Positions 1-10,734 of a DNA stretch of 64,000 nucleotides are shown piece by piece. Both the position numbers and the translations under genes were made by a program. Every line of letters starts with the position of its first letter. The first letter of the stretch is position 1. The DNA lies in contig OY729426.1 in the NCBI GenBank assembly GCA_963422365.1, forward strand, positions 384,001 through 448,000, written 5' to 3'. Origin of the DNA: Nitrospirales bacterium (GTDB lineage: Bacteria; Nitrospirota; Nitrospiria; Nitrospirales; UBA8639). The notes beneath the pieces were generated by a model. It had not been told where the DNA came from, ran no database searches, and saw only the letters and a program-made list of their open reading frames with translations.

Positions 1-9
1 GTGGAGCCG

Positions 10-39
10 ACTATACGAGGCTCTGCCTAATCTCGTCAA
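10..39 (-). promoter_or_regulatory. sigma70-like promoter pointing out of the window's left edge
   Basis: Minus strand TTGACG (39-34), 18-bp spacer, TATAGT (15-10). Confidence 0.4.
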
Positions 40-305
40 GCCTCTCCCTGACACACAGACCCAAAAACCCTTTGAACGTCAATGAGTTAGACTCTATCAA
101 ACTGATTCGCAAACAGAAGGAAGCCTTGAAGAAGCCCCATGCTTTCCATGTCGAGGAGACCATCGTCAGCTCTTTATCCGATTGAAAGATTGTAAATGGA
201 ATGATGAGTGAGTACACTCTCATCCTGCTATCGTGGAGAACTCGTTTGCCAGAAACTCTCCAACTTCACCAGGAACTCTCGAACTTCGATTGAGGAGGAA
301 CGCTT

Positions 306-803
306 GTGGCTTCAGCAAAGGATAAACCCTTAGTCGGCATTATTATGGGCAGTAAAAGCGACTGGGAGGTCATGCGGCTGGCCAGTGAGACGCTGACTCA
401 GCTTGGCATTGCCAATGAATGCCGTGTGATTTCCGCTCATCGGGCACCTGATGCCCTATTCGAATACGTGAGCCAAGCCGAGTCACGAGGGCTTCGTGTC
501 ATGATCGCGGGAGCCGGAGGGGCGGCTCATTTACCAGGAGTGATTGCGGCCAAGACGACCTTGCCGGTTCTCGGCGTGCCCATGCAATCCAAGGCGTTAC
601 AAGGCCTCGATTCCCTACTCTCCATCGTCCAAATGCCCAAAGGCATTCCCGTCGCCACACTGGCCATTGGTGAAGCGGGCTCGGTGAATGCCGCCTTATT
701 TGCGGCAGCCATTCTGGCTCTCTCAGACTCAGCAGTCAAAAAAAGGTTGGAAGACTACCGCCGGAAACAAACGAAAAAGGTGTTGGCGGAAAAATTACTG
801 TAG
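306..803 (+). CDS. purE: N5-carboxyaminoimidazole ribonucleotide mutase
   Basis: [26 protein letters not shown] and [13 protein letters not shown] motifs; GAGGAGG RBS. Confidence 0.97.
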   Translation: MASAKDKPLVGIIMGSKSDWEVMRLASETLTQLGIANECRVISAHRAPDALFEYVSQAESRGLRVMIAGAGGAAHLPGVIAAKTTLPVLGVPMQSKALQGLDSLLSIVQMPKGIPVATLAIGEAGSVNAALFAAAILALSDSAVKKRLEDYRRKQTKKVLAEKLL

Positions 804-833
804 CGGATGGTTTGAGTAGAGTGCCAGACCTTA

Positions 834-1428
834 ATGATGAACCGAGAAAATCTTGAGGAATTGCATTACGTCACTCCTATCGGAAATCTTGCTTCAAGCT
901 TAGAACACGGACTGTTGTCGCATAACAGGGCTGCACCGTTTTAACATGAAACGGTTGCCATGCCAGAAATCCAAAATTTAAGGAAAAACAAGATCGTTCC
1001 TAGAGGCAAACCTCTTCACGATTACGTGAACACATACATCTGCGCAAGAAATCCCATGTTGTAAGCGTCGGCCATCTCATTCGCATCTGTGCGTACTTCG
1101 TGTAAGTCCAACAGTTCTCGATATATCAGGAACTATCATTACAGACCGAAATACGGCCAGCGAATATGCTCGTTTCGGTTCGGCCCCTGATCGACTAAGT
1201 ATCGTGGATCAGGACTTGGTCCTTGCGGATGACTGGACGAACCCCTACGACCAAAGAGAAGAATGGCGATCCAAATCCATTCAGTGCGCTGAAGTCCTTG
1301 TTCCGGATCGAATTAGACCAGGTTACATTTTAGGTGCCTATGTGTCTGAAGCTAAACCATTACAGCAGATCCAAACGATTGCTCCATCAATTTCAGTGCA
1401 GGCCAACAGCCATCTCTTCTTTCGGTAG
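834..1428 (+). pseudogene. darT: DarT (DUF4433) DNA ADP-ribosyltransferase toxin, disrupted
   Basis: Manual translation gives LHYVTPIGNL..HGLLSHN, LHDYVNTYICARNPML, ITDRNTAS, QCAEVLVP; in-frame TAA at 942-944 and stop/frameshift at ~1062; directly upstream of a macrodomain gene. Confidence 0.85.
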
Positions 1429-1443
1429 AGACTATTTATTCCT

Positions 1444-2583
1444 ATGGAGAGACTCAACTTAAAAATACACGTGGGGAATTTTTTCGATTCCCAAGCACAA
1501 ACCCTCGTTAACACAATCAATTGTGTCGGTGTGATGGGTGCAGGTATTGCCCTTGAATGTAAGAAACGGTTTCCTGAGATGTGCGAGGACTACATCGAGC
1601 GGTGCATCCGAGGTGAATTGAAGCTGGGAAAGCCTTACTTCTATCGACGATTGTTCCCTCCTTCAATTTTAAACTGTCCCACCAAAGACCACTGGCGCTC
1701 GGTTTCTCGGTTGGACGATATTGTGAAAGGGTTGAAGTACCTGGAAAAGCACTACAAAGAGTGGGGAATCACCTCCTTGGCGATTCCACCATTAGGTTGT
1801 GGGCAAGGACAACTCGAATGGCGAGTCGTGAGTCCAACACTCTATCGCTATTTAAGCCGGCTGAACGCTCCCATTGAATTATATGCGACCTATGAAACAC
1901 CTGCCAGTGAATTGGAAGAGCATTTTCTCGCTCAACCAGTCACGGGGGACTCTGTTGACCGCTTAACCTTAGAACCATCAACAATAAATCCGGGATGGGT
2001 GGCTCTCGTGGAAATATTAGCCCGGATTGAGCGGGAACCTTTTCACTGGCCAGTTAGACGAACAATGTTCCAAAAGATTGCCTATTTTGCGACAGCAAAA
2101 GGAATCCCTACTGGGCTTAGGTATGGTCGGGGTAGCTTCGGTCCTTTTGCAGGGGAACTCAAATCCTTAACGACACGTCTAGTCAATCATGGACTGATTC
2201 AGGAAGAACCTTTGGGACGCATGGTTTCTGTCAAACCTGGCCCAACCTACCAGGACGCAGCCCAAGCCTATCCAACACAACTCCGACAATGGGAAGAGCT
2301 CATTGAGCGAATCACGGATCTGTTTTTGCGGATGCAAACGAAGCAGGCCGAAGTGGCGGCAACGGGGTACTTTGCAACTCACGAGTTACTGAAGGATGGG
2401 AACCCCAAACCCACTGAACTCGATGTATTGGAAGCTGTGAAACAGTGGAAGCAAAAACGGCATCCTCCTCTGAAAGAAGAAGACATTGCCGTGGCCATCA
2501 GAAATCTGAATCTCCTTGGATGGCTGGATCTTACCCCAAGTCAGCAGCTTCCGTTTCCCGAAAGAGAAATGGTCGATGCCTGA
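1444..2583 (+). CDS. darG: DarG macrodomain antitoxin
   Basis: N-terminal macrodomain ([32 protein letters not shown]) plus DarG-type C-terminal domain (FQKIAYF, GSFGPF). Confidence 0.88.
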   Translation: MERLNLKIHVGNFFDSQAQTLVNTINCVGVMGAGIALECKKRFPEMCEDYIERCIRGELKLGKPYFYRRLFPPSILNCPTKDHWRSVSRLDDIVKGLKYLEKHYKEWGITSLAIPPLGCGQGQLEWRVVSPTLYRYLSRLNAPIELYATYETPASELEEHFLAQPVTGDSVDRLTLEPSTINPGWVALVEILARIEREPFHWPVRRTMFQKIAYFATAKGIPTGLRYGRGSFGPFAGELKSLTTRLVNHGLIQEEPLGRMVSVKPGPTYQDAAQAYPTQLRQWEELIERITDLFLRMQTKQAEVAATGYFATHELLKDGNPKPTELDVLEAVKQWKQKRHPPLKEEDIAVAIRNLNLLGWLDLTPSQQLPFPEREMVDA

Positions 2584-2698
2584 ATCACACACAAAACTCA
2601 TCAAGGTGGCGTTGCCGCTGGAGGCGATCAACGCAGCCAGCGATCAAGAGAAGTCCGCCCGGCATGGCATCAATCACTCGACGCTGCACTTGTGGTAG
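2576..2698 (+). pseudogene. N-terminal stub of DUF1156-family DNA methyltransferase
   Basis: [34 protein letters not shown] matches the characteristic DUF1156 N-terminus (..STLHLWWARRP); start overlaps the darG stop; truncated before mdh. Confidence 0.75.
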
Positions 2699-2712
2699 AC
2701 AGGTGTAGAGGG

Positions 2713-3654
2713 TTACGCGCCAAGAGTGTGATCAACCTCTTCACATAATTCCCTGACCCCCCGGGCCGAAAGATCGAACGCGGCGCGTTCCTCGGGCGTC
2801 AGGTCATATTCGAGAATTGCTTCGACGCCGTTCTTCCCCAATCGAACCGGCACCCCCATATACGTCCCTTTTAATCCGTACTCGCCTTCACACAGCGCCG
2901 CACAAGGAAACACTTTGTGTTCATCCCGAATAATGGCTTCCACCATGTCGACCACAGACGCTGCTGGGGCGTAGTAAGCACTCCCCGTCTTGAGGAGATT
3001 GACGATTTCTGCCCCGCCATCGCGTGTTCGCTTCACGAGGGCATCGAGCTTCTCTTGCGACATCCATTGATCCACGGGCCGACCCCCAACCGTCGTATAT
3101 CGAATCAGGGGCACCATCGCATCCCCGTGCCCCCCCAGCACCATGGCATGAACATTGTGAACCGAGACGTTCAACTCCTGGGCAATAAACGTACTGAACC
3201 GAGCAGAGTCCAACACCCCAGCCATTCCTATAACTCGCTGCTTTGGAAATCCGCTCACGCGATAGGCGACATACGTCATGGCGTCCAACGGGTTAGCCAC
3301 GATGACCAGGACAGCCGCGGGCGACCGCGTGATGACTTCTTGCACAACGGATCGAACGATGTTCGTATTGGTCTCCAGTAATTCTGATCTGCTCATGCCT
3401 GGCTTCCGTGCAATCCCGGACGTAATCACCACTACGGCGGAATTCGTTGTGTCGTCATAACAATTCGTCCCAATGATCTGAGGGTCATATCCGCACACCG
3501 CTCCTGCTTGCGCTAAGTCCAAGGCCTTGCCCTGCGGGAGACCTTCCACAATATCCACCAAGACGATGTCGCACCCATTCTTTTCGGCCAGTCTCTGCGC
3601 AACGGAGCCTCCAACGTTTCCTGCCCCGACGATGGTAATTTTCTGTCGACTCAT
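2713..3654 (-). CDS. mdh: malate dehydrogenase (LDH-like)
   Basis: GAGNVG Rossmann motif, [32 protein letters not shown]. Confidence 0.96.
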   Translation of the reverse strand: MSRQKITIVGAGNVGGSVAQRLAEKNGCDIVLVDIVEGLPQGKALDLAQAGAVCGYDPQIIGTNCYDDTTNSAVVVITSGIARKPGMSRSELLETNTNIVRSVVQEVITRSPAAVLVIVANPLDAMTYVAYRVSGFPKQRVIGMAGVLDSARFSTFIAQELNVSVHNVHAMVLGGHGDAMVPLIRYTTVGGRPVDQWMSQEKLDALVKRTRDGGAEIVNLLKTGSAYYAPAASVVDMVEAIIRDEHKVFPCAALCEGEYGLKGTYMGVPVRLGKNGVEAILEYDLTPEERAAFDLSARGVRELCEEVDHTLGA

Positions 3655-3745
3655 GATTCACCTGACATTAGATTGTTGTTCAACTCGTATACGAACCATA
3701 AACGCGAAGACACCTTAAGAAGACTGCCGGCGGGCGTTCCGGACC

Positions 3746-4159
3746 CTAGTCATCGTCATGACTGCTCCATCCGCCGACTTTGAAATTGATGGTGCAGACA
3801 AAATTTTCTCCATAATAAAAATTCACTTTAATTTTTTTTCTTCCATATTCTCGGGCAAGGAACTCCTCTGGTGTATCGACCAATTCTTGATAGCCCCCTG
3901 GTGGATAGGACCCTAATTCCGTAAAACCCACAATCATCCCCTGTTTCACTTCCTGCAAAATTCGGGCAGATGATCGAGGATAGACTTCCCAGAATTTGGC
4001 ATCAATTTCCTCAAGAGACGGCTCAGAACTCGACTCGCCACGCTTCCGATCTTTTTTCTCAAATTTGGCCAAGCGACGGACATACGGATACTGATGCCCG
4101 GTAAACAGCTTATACAGCCATGGAGGGACCGTTCGTTGTTGGGATTCATCGACCATCAC
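3746..4159 (-). CDS. hypothetical protein
   Basis: 137-aa ORF with GAGG RBS, co-directional with mdh; no recognised motif. Confidence 0.7.
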   Translation of the reverse strand: MMVDESQQRTVPPWLYKLFTGHQYPYVRRLAKFEKKDRKRGESSSEPSLEEIDAKFWEVYPRSSARILQEVKQGMIVGFTELGSYPPGGYQELVDTPEEFLAREYGRKKIKVNFYYGENFVCTINFKVGGWSSHDDD

Positions 4160-4264
4160 GTTACCTCATCCGTGGCCCCGTGTAAATATTCACTCATTCG
4201 TTGACCATTCCCCACGTCTCCGCTTGTCATCTCCGACATTCAGCAATCGGGAATTCAGTGCCTG

Positions 4265-4401
4265 TGTAGGGCGCCATCCCAGGTCACCTGTCTGCGTGCA
4301 GACACGCACAGGCAGGCGGCCCAGGACATGCCTTCTGCCGCCAACGCAATGCGCCATGAGCCGGCCCTCGACGTTTGGAACCTGGTGATGGCGCCGCTAC
4401 A
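4265..4401. repeat. GTAG-type REP pair (REPIN-like) with a nested hairpin element
   Basis: TGTAGGGCGCCATCCCAGGT (4265-4284) is an imperfect inverted copy of ACCTGGTGATGGCGCCGCTACA (4380-4401); internal hairpin CCTGTCTGCGTG-CAGA-CACGCACAGGCAGG (4287-4316). Confidence 0.55.
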
Positions 4402-4443
4402 AAAGAATGAAAAGGAATATGCACAGGAGAGACGAACAACGAC

Positions 4444-7400
4444 TCACGTGCGTCCTGTCAATCGTTGATACACCCGGGGTAACCGTTCAGGCAAGGTCAG
4501 GACATCATCCAGGACAAGGTATTGAATGTCTCCATACATGCGTTTGAGATAGTCGCTCGCCTGTTGGTCAATGGTGAAACAAAATGGACTGATCCCCTGC
4601 TGCCGCACCTCTCGAAGCGCCATGCGGGTATCCTCCAAGGCATATTCCTCTCCATAGTCTCCGTCAAGGGGTCGCCCATCACTCAACAGAATGAGCAACC
4701 GGTGCCGGGCCGGGCAGCGCAGCAGCTTTTGTACGGTATGTCGAATCGCAGCCCCATCACGATTTTGCTGAAGCGGCGTCATGGCCGCAATGCGCTGCCC
4801 GATTTGATAGCGCTGGGTGTCGCTAAAGTCCTTCAACACCATAAAATCAACTTGATGTCGCCCTTGGCCGGAAAACCCATATAACGCATATTGATCCCCA
4901 ATGGCCTCTAGGGCCTCGGTGAGCAAGACCAAGCCTTCCTTCGCCACGTCGATCACGCGACGTTGTCCCGTTTCCAATTGCCGGCCCGTTGAGCCACTCA
5001 TATCAACCAAAAACGCCACGGCAACTTGGCGTTCACGTGTATCCCGCCGATCATAGATTCGGTCGGAGGGTTCCACTCCTGCCCGCCGTTCCGCCACGTA
5101 ACGAATCGCCGCATCCAAATCCAAGTGTTCGCCATGGTCATAGCCATGGACTCGCCGCATGGCCGTCGGCCGCATGGTTTCAAAATAGCGACGCAAGACC
5201 CGTATGGCCGGGGCATGTTTTTCCAAGACACGTTGTGCAAAATCTCGACCGCCCTCCTCTCCAGGACGCTCGACCACCCGACACCATTTGAGTCGATAGT
5301 CCTGAATCCCGCCATCCCATTCCGGATAGACATACGCCTGTTCTTGACCGGACGGAACAGGCAAAAGCCCCTCGCCTACACCTTTCACGTGGAGATACTC
5401 GTCAAGGACAGACCGCGGCGAAACTGGCTCGCTGGTGACTTCTTGATGAGCCTCCCGTGTCCGAATCTCTTCAATTCGACGCGTCGGAGAGAGAGAAGGC
5501 CCATCAGCATTTTCTCCATCCGGCCCTGCCGATTCCGATGCAGCCGATTCATCGCCTGACTCAGTCGATCCTCCATGGACGAAATCAGGATTCATTTCAC
5601 CTCGATAGGCCCAATTCGTAATGACTCGATAGCTTCCCGTGGTTTCTTCAGCCGCACGAGGGCCGCCGCCCAAATCCTCCGGCTCAGGCTCGTGAGTCTC
5701 ATCCGCCTCATCTGAAACAATCGCACGCAAGCTGCCGATCATCTCATCCAACACTTGATAGATCCTGTCAGCCAAGTCGATGGAATTCTCATTCGTCGCA
5801 TGAGGGTGACAAATCGTCCGTGCTAAGTCCCAACAGCGATCCACAACGCGCTGAAGATGGTCCGGAATCTGCCCTCCTCCCTGTCCTTGTTGTGTCAACA
5901 GAAGCAGTAGATGATCCAGCACCATCTCTCTAGCCGTCATGCCATGGAGCAAGGAACGAGTCTTCACCGACGCCTGGGACACGGCAACCAAATCATTTCC
6001 AAATCCTGGATATTCTTGCTGCAATAAAAAGTCCACGCGCGCGTCTTCCAGAATGGTCCACAGATCCTGAATCACCCCTTTTTGAGGATAGAGGGAAAAG
6101 AAATCCGTTAAGCAATTGATTTCCGGAACACTCGCATTGAGTTGAGGCCTGAGGCCTTCGTCCCTTTGGAGAGGGAGAAGAGACAGATCCGCTTCCCCAT
6201 CACGGCGTTGATATCGATCCATCACTTGTTGCGCCACGGTCCGAAGGAACGGCATATCGATTCGATACGTTCCAAACTCTAAATGTCCGACCTCATGCGC
6301 AACCATGACCGTATAGCTTCGCACGTTATGGTCTTTCTCCGAAAACTGATTCATGATCGAAGGTAAAGAGACCATGGGGCCTTCAGGTTTCATATCCAGA
6401 CGAACCCGCTGTGCTGAGTCGACCAAGGATTCGATCTGCACCGATTGGCCGCAGATCATGTGGGCAAACAGTTTCAGCGAGCGAGCCACTTGTCGAAGCG
6501 GCACGCCATTGATCGCCCGTTCAATCGAACTCAACGCCTGTGAGGTTTCAAGAGCGAAATACGCGCGAGCCCCCTCTAGGCTATACGCCAGCACTTCCAT
6601 GCCACCACGGAACCATGTTTCAAAGGCCTCATCTTGGCCCTCTGCCCCATCGGAAAGGCAGACCACCTCTGGAGCTCGACGAAAATATTCCATCGTCACA
6701 TCGGCATCTCGTTCGGCAAGCAACACGCCGTATTGGAGTACTTTCATGCGCCGTTCCACCGATGGCAGTATCGCCATGAGCCTCGGCGCTTCGGCCAAAA
6801 AGGTCAGGGCTCTTTCAGGAGACTGATCCGCAAGGGTCGAGCCCACACTCACAACTTTCGCGTGCAAGTCCGCATCAACGATTTCTCCGATCAGGCCGGG
6901 ACTCGTGCGAAAAAATTCAAGAACCCCCACATAATCGGGTTTCCCCAAACTATTTTGTGTGATCAGTTTCATGCCGAAGGCCACCCAAGGACGAACCTCT
7001 TCCAAAGCCAGTCCCTCAGCCACCCTCGGACATTCCCGAATAAACTCAATGCCTAACACGTGATTCCAGTCCGTCAGTTCCTGACCAATCTTTGCCCACT
7101 GGACCAGATCGGTTCGTGAATCGATGAGCAACAATTCCGGAGCCTTTCGGAAAAATTCAAACGCACAGTTGGCCGCAAACTCCGAGTCGTTATCAGCGAT
7201 TTCCAGCGTCGCATCGAGCACCTGTTGACGAAGAACGGCAGAACCCAGGACCCCCAAAAGACGTGGGCTCTCTTTCAGGTATTTCAAGGTCATCGCACCC
7301 GAAAGCCTGGCGAGCGTAATGGCCAAATCCATCCATGAGACGACCAGCTTGGGACCACACCGTTCCAGCATCTCAGGGAGCACTTCTATGACCTGCCCCG

Positions 7401-7560
7401 CGAGTTTCGCCGAACACGCCTGGAGTTCTTTCAATAATTCGGATACAGGGTCGGCCCCACCTGCCTCAAAGAAAGCCGTGGCGACTTTTTGCGCACTGTC
7501 GGCACTCAGCCGAGCCGCGAGTTGCGCCTGGAAAGCCTGTGGAAAGGAAGATCGGTCCAT
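4444..7560 (-). CDS. NorD/CbbO-like von Willebrand factor A domain protein
   Basis: C-terminal VWA with MIDAS DMSGST and LSDGRP, NorD-type YPEWD and NRDGAAIR motifs; internal HEVGH. Confidence 0.85.
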   Translation of the reverse strand: MDRSSFPQAFQAQLAARLSADSAQKVATAFFEAGGADPVSELLKELQACSAKLAGQVIEVLPEMLERCGPKLVVSWMDLAITLARLSGAMTLKYLKESPRLLGVLGSAVLRQQVLDATLEIADNDSEFAANCAFEFFRKAPELLLIDSRTDLVQWAKIGQELTDWNHVLGIEFIRECPRVAEGLALEEVRPWVAFGMKLITQNSLGKPDYVGVLEFFRTSPGLIGEIVDADLHAKVVSVGSTLADQSPERALTFLAEAPRLMAILPSVERRMKVLQYGVLLAERDADVTMEYFRRAPEVVCLSDGAEGQDEAFETWFRGGMEVLAYSLEGARAYFALETSQALSSIERAINGVPLRQVARSLKLFAHMICGQSVQIESLVDSAQRVRLDMKPEGPMVSLPSIMNQFSEKDHNVRSYTVMVAHEVGHLEFGTYRIDMPFLRTVAQQVMDRYQRRDGEADLSLLPLQRDEGLRPQLNASVPEINCLTDFFSLYPQKGVIQDLWTILEDARVDFLLQQEYPGFGNDLVAVSQASVKTRSLLHGMTAREMVLDHLLLLLTQQGQGGGQIPDHLQRVVDRCWDLARTICHPHATNENSIDLADRIYQVLDEMIGSLRAIVSDEADETHEPEPEDLGGGPRAAEETTGSYRVITNWAYRGEMNPDFVHGGSTESGDESAASESAGPDGENADGPSLSPTRRIEEIRTREAHQEVTSEPVSPRSVLDEYLHVKGVGEGLLPVPSGQEQAYVYPEWDGGIQDYRLKWCRVVERPGEEGGRDFAQRVLEKHAPAIRVLRRYFETMRPTAMRRVHGYDHGEHLDLDAAIRYVAERRAGVEPSDRIYDRRDTRERQVAVAFLVDMSGSTGRQLETGQRRVIDVAKEGLVLLTEALEAIGDQYALYGFSGQGRHQVDFMVLKDFSDTQRYQIGQRIAAMTPLQQNRDGAAIRHTVQKLLRCPARHRLLILLSDGRPLDGDYGEEYALEDTRMALREVRQQGISPFCFTIDQQASDYLKRMYGDIQYLVLDDVLTLPERLPRVYQRLTGRT

Positions 7561-7660
7561 TGGTCATAAGAGAGAAACGAAAAGTGAGATTATAAAAAAG
7601 CAGCCAAGTCGGTTGCAAATCTTTGCAACGCCTCTCTGCACACAATCTTTCAATAAGCTG

Positions 7661-7941
7661 TCAGATGTTCAAAGTCTCGCAGACTCGCGAGCGATTGATG
7701 CCAACGACCTTGACTCGCTTTTTCCGCTTGGTGTGCCCGGCTAATACGGAGACCAAAGACTTCGATATGAAAAACAATTCGGCAAGGCACGCACAGAAGG
7801 CAGCATTGGCCTCTTCTGCGACGGGAGACGCGGCGATTCGAAATTTCAACGCAGCACCATGGCTCCCACAAATTCTGTTTGGGAAGCCTTAGGTTGAACC
7901 TGAACGGTCAGGACGACGCCATCTCTGATCAGTTCGATCAT
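7661..7941 (-). pseudogene. DUF167/YggU family protein, frameshifted
   Basis: MIELIRDGVVLTVQVQPKASQTEFVG in one frame and HGAALKFRIAASPV..ANAA..LAELF..GHTKRKKRV in another; 1-nt shift near 7862. Confidence 0.75.
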
Positions 7942-7952
7942 GGTTCCGGTGA

Positions 7953-8256
7953 TTATCCTGCCGTATGGACTTCGGGTTGCCAGCGATGTATTTTGCGAAT
8001 TTTTATCCCCAGTGCGGCCTTGGCCTTGTCCAGCTCATAAGCCTTTTGAAGGTTAAGCTATAGCTCCGGCCCAGTCCCAAAAAACTGACCAAGGCGCAAG
8101 GCGGTATCCGCTGTAATATCACGCTGAACACGAACGATCTGCGAGATACGATTAGGCGGCACGTCGATCTGACATCGATAACTCAGTTGCCGTCGTTTCA
8201 ATTTCTTCCAACTCATCTGAAAGAAACTCGCCGGGATGGAGTGATTCTCTCGCCAT
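7953..8256 (-). pseudogene. higA: HigA-family antitoxin, disrupted
   Basis: LHPGEFL..EL / QIDVPPNRISQIV..RDITADTALRLGQFFGTGPEL*LNLQKAYEL; one frameshift (~8175) and one in-frame TAG. Confidence 0.8.
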
Positions 8257-8294
8257 GATCATCACCGTACCTTTCCGTCTTTCACTTCATTCCC

Positions 8295-8330
8295 CTAGTG
8301 GCAATCGACGATGTCCACATTATGCCGATC
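8295..8330 (-). pseudogene. C-terminal remnant of HigB toxin
   Basis: DRHNVDIVDCH* resembles the HigB terminal motif (..VEIVDYH*), just upstream of the higA pseudogene. Confidence 0.5.
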
Positions 8331-8368
8331 TCCCAAGCCGGGGATGGAAAATTTCTCATTTTTCTGGC

Positions 8369-8427
8369 TTGACAACCTGCCACCGATTCGACTAGTATTC
8401 ACATACATGATAACGGAAATCAATATC
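8369..8427 (+). promoter_or_regulatory. sigma70 promoter with Fur-box-like operator upstream of bfd
   Basis: TTGACA (8369-74), 18 bp, TAGTAT (8393-98); GATAACGGAAATCAATATC (8409-8427) matches 15/19 of the Fur consensus GATAATGATAATCATTATC. Confidence 0.7.
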
Positions 8428-8443
8428 GTATTCGGTGAGTAGC

Positions 8444-8650
8444 ATGTACCTTTGTGTTTGCAAAGGCATTAAAGAATCGGACATCGAGAGCCTCGGCCGC
8501 GCTGGCATGACCTGCCCTAAACAACTCGCGGCCACGCTGGGAATCGACGACGAAGAGAATTGTTGTGGGCGATGCCTCAACCATATTGCAGACTTGGTGG
8601 CGATTGCCTCACGAGAACACAAGCGCTGCGGTACTTCCGTTGAAATATGA
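8444..8650 (+). CDS. bfd: bacterioferritin-associated ferredoxin-like [2Fe-2S] protein
   Basis: MYLCVCKGI...CCGRC pattern (CxC..CGxC), about 68 aa. Confidence 0.85.
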   Translation: MYLCVCKGIKESDIESLGRAGMTCPKQLAATLGIDDEENCCGRCLNHIADLVAIASREHKRCGTSVEI

Positions 8651-8740
8651 GCCCTTCGCGGCAAGCCTCCTTCTTCGACTCCTTACCCTTGCCGGTTGTT
8701 TTCCTGACTGTTTACACCCGTAAACAGTCACGGGTACAGT

Positions 8741-10681
8741 ATGCTGAATCCGTTTATCGCTCCTTACGGGTCATGGAACTCCCCTCTCACCTCAGACCGA
8801 ATTGTCTCAGAAGCAATCAAACTCGGACAAATCGCCCTCGATGGGGATCAGGTGTTTTGGGTCGAAAGCCGTCCCTGTGAGGGCGGGAGGAATACGGTTG
8901 TCCAATGGGATGCCGAAGGGACCCTTCACACCCTTACCCCTGACCCATTGAATGTTCGAACTCGAGTCCATGAATACGGAGGAGGGGCGTATTGTGTTTC
9001 GGAAGGAGTCGTGTATTTTTCTAATTTTTCCGATCAACGACTGTATCGACAGCGCCGAGGTGACGTGCCTGAACCCATCACTGCAGACGCCGCTCTGTGC
9101 TATGCCGATGGGCTCACAGACCACAGACGCCATCGGCTTATTTGCATTCGTGAAGATCAGACCCATTCCGACCAGGAGCCCCACAACGCCATCGTCGGCA
9201 TTGCTCTTGACGGCAACCCACGTGAAACATCCGGCGATATTCTGGTTTTCGGGAATGATTTTTATGCCTCTCCACGCCTGAGTCCTGATGGGCAACAGTT
9301 AGCCTGGCTGACCTGGAACCATCCCAATATGCCATGGGACGGCACGGAACTCTGGGTCGCCGACCTCCGGCAAGATGGCTCGGTCCAAACTTCACGATGC
9401 GTGGCCGGTGGCACGGATGTCTCCATTTTTCAACCGGAATGGTCGCCAGACGGCCAATTGCACTTTGTGTCGGACCAATCCGGCTGGTGGAACCTGTATC
9501 GATTGGAAAACGAGCAGATTACCTCTCTCTATCCCATGAATGCCGAGTTCGGCGAACCACAATGGGTGTTTGGCCAAAGGCTCTATGGGTTCGAGTCGTC
9601 TCATCACATCATCTGTGCCTACACACAAAACGGTTTTGGGTTCCTAGGACGTTTGGACACAGCACAACACACCCTCGAACGATTTGAGTTGCCTTACACG
9701 GCCTTCGACGACATCCACGTGCATCGATCCAACATTGTTTGTACGGCCGGTTCTCCATCCGACCCCACGACACTCATTCAGATCGACGCGGGTTCGCAAG
9801 CCGTGACCATCCTTCGCCGCTCGGTAGATTTTTGCCTGGACCCCCGTTATATTTCCATGCCTTCCGCCGTCACCTATCCGACCCAAGACGGAGCGACAGG
9901 GCACGCGTTTTATTACCCCCCACACAATGCAGATTTTCAAGCTCCCCCTTCAGAGCGCCCTCCACTCTTTGTCAAAAGCCATGGCGGTCCGACCGGAGCC
10001 TCTTCCCCTACGTTCAACTTGATGATTCAGTATTGGACCAGCCGAGGATTTGCCGTACTCGACGTGAACTATGGCGGAAGCACGGGATATGGCCGGGCCT
10101 ATCGAGAACGCCTCAACGGTCAGTGGGGCATTGTCGACGTCGATGATTGTGTCAGTGCGGTCATGGCGCTCATCGACCGGGATGCCGTGGACCCGACGCG
10201 TGTGACCATCACAGGGGGGAGCGCAGGGGGCTTTACCGCGTTATGCGCCTTAACGTTTCGCGATTGTTTTACGGCCGGGTCCAGTTACTACGGCGTCTCG
10301 GACCTCGAGGCGCTCGTTCGGGATACCCATAAGTTCGAATCGCGCTACCTGGACCGACTCATCGGCCCGCTGCCCGAACGGAAAGACCTCTATGCTCAGC
10401 GATCTCCCATTCATTTCACCGACCGGCTTTCCTGTCCCCTCATACTGTTTCAGGGGTTAGAGGACAAAGTGGTTCCCCCGAACCAAGCGGAGAATATGTT
10501 CAACGTGGTGAAATCGAAAGGGCTTCCCGTCGCCTATATTGCCTTTGAAGGCGAGCAGCACGGGTTTCGCCGGGCTGAGCACATCAAGCAAGTCTTGGAC
10601 AATGAACTGTATTTCTATTCGAAAATTTTCGGGTTTATTCCAGCCGACCCCGTCGCGCCCATTCCAATTAAAAATTTGTGA
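8741..10681 (+). CDS. S9 family (prolyl oligopeptidase/acylaminoacyl) peptidase
   Basis: APYGSW N-terminus, HGGPT, GGSAGG nucleophile, QGLEDKVV, EQHGF. Confidence 0.93.
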   Translation: MLNPFIAPYGSWNSPLTSDRIVSEAIKLGQIALDGDQVFWVESRPCEGGRNTVVQWDAEGTLHTLTPDPLNVRTRVHEYGGGAYCVSEGVVYFSNFSDQRLYRQRRGDVPEPITADAALCYADGLTDHRRHRLICIREDQTHSDQEPHNAIVGIALDGNPRETSGDILVFGNDFYASPRLSPDGQQLAWLTWNHPNMPWDGTELWVADLRQDGSVQTSRCVAGGTDVSIFQPEWSPDGQLHFVSDQSGWWNLYRLENEQITSLYPMNAEFGEPQWVFGQRLYGFESSHHIICAYTQNGFGFLGRLDTAQHTLERFELPYTAFDDIHVHRSNIVCTAGSPSDPTTLIQIDAGSQAVTILRRSVDFCLDPRYISMPSAVTYPTQDGATGHAFYYPPHNADFQAPPSERPPLFVKSHGGPTGASSPTFNLMIQYWTSRGFAVLDVNYGGSTGYGRAYRERLNGQWGIVDVDDCVSAVMALIDRDAVDPTRVTITGGSAGGFTALCALTFRDCFTAGSSYYGVSDLEALVRDTHKFESRYLDRLIGPLPERKDLYAQRSPIHFTDRLSCPLILFQGLEDKVVPPNQAENMFNVVKSKGLPVAYIAFEGEQHGFRRAEHIKQVLDNELYFYSKIFGFIPADPVAPIPIKNL

Positions 10682-10734
10682 CCTGATGATCTCCGAAGGT
10701 CGGCTCCCCTCTTCCTTCATCGTGACTGAGCCGG

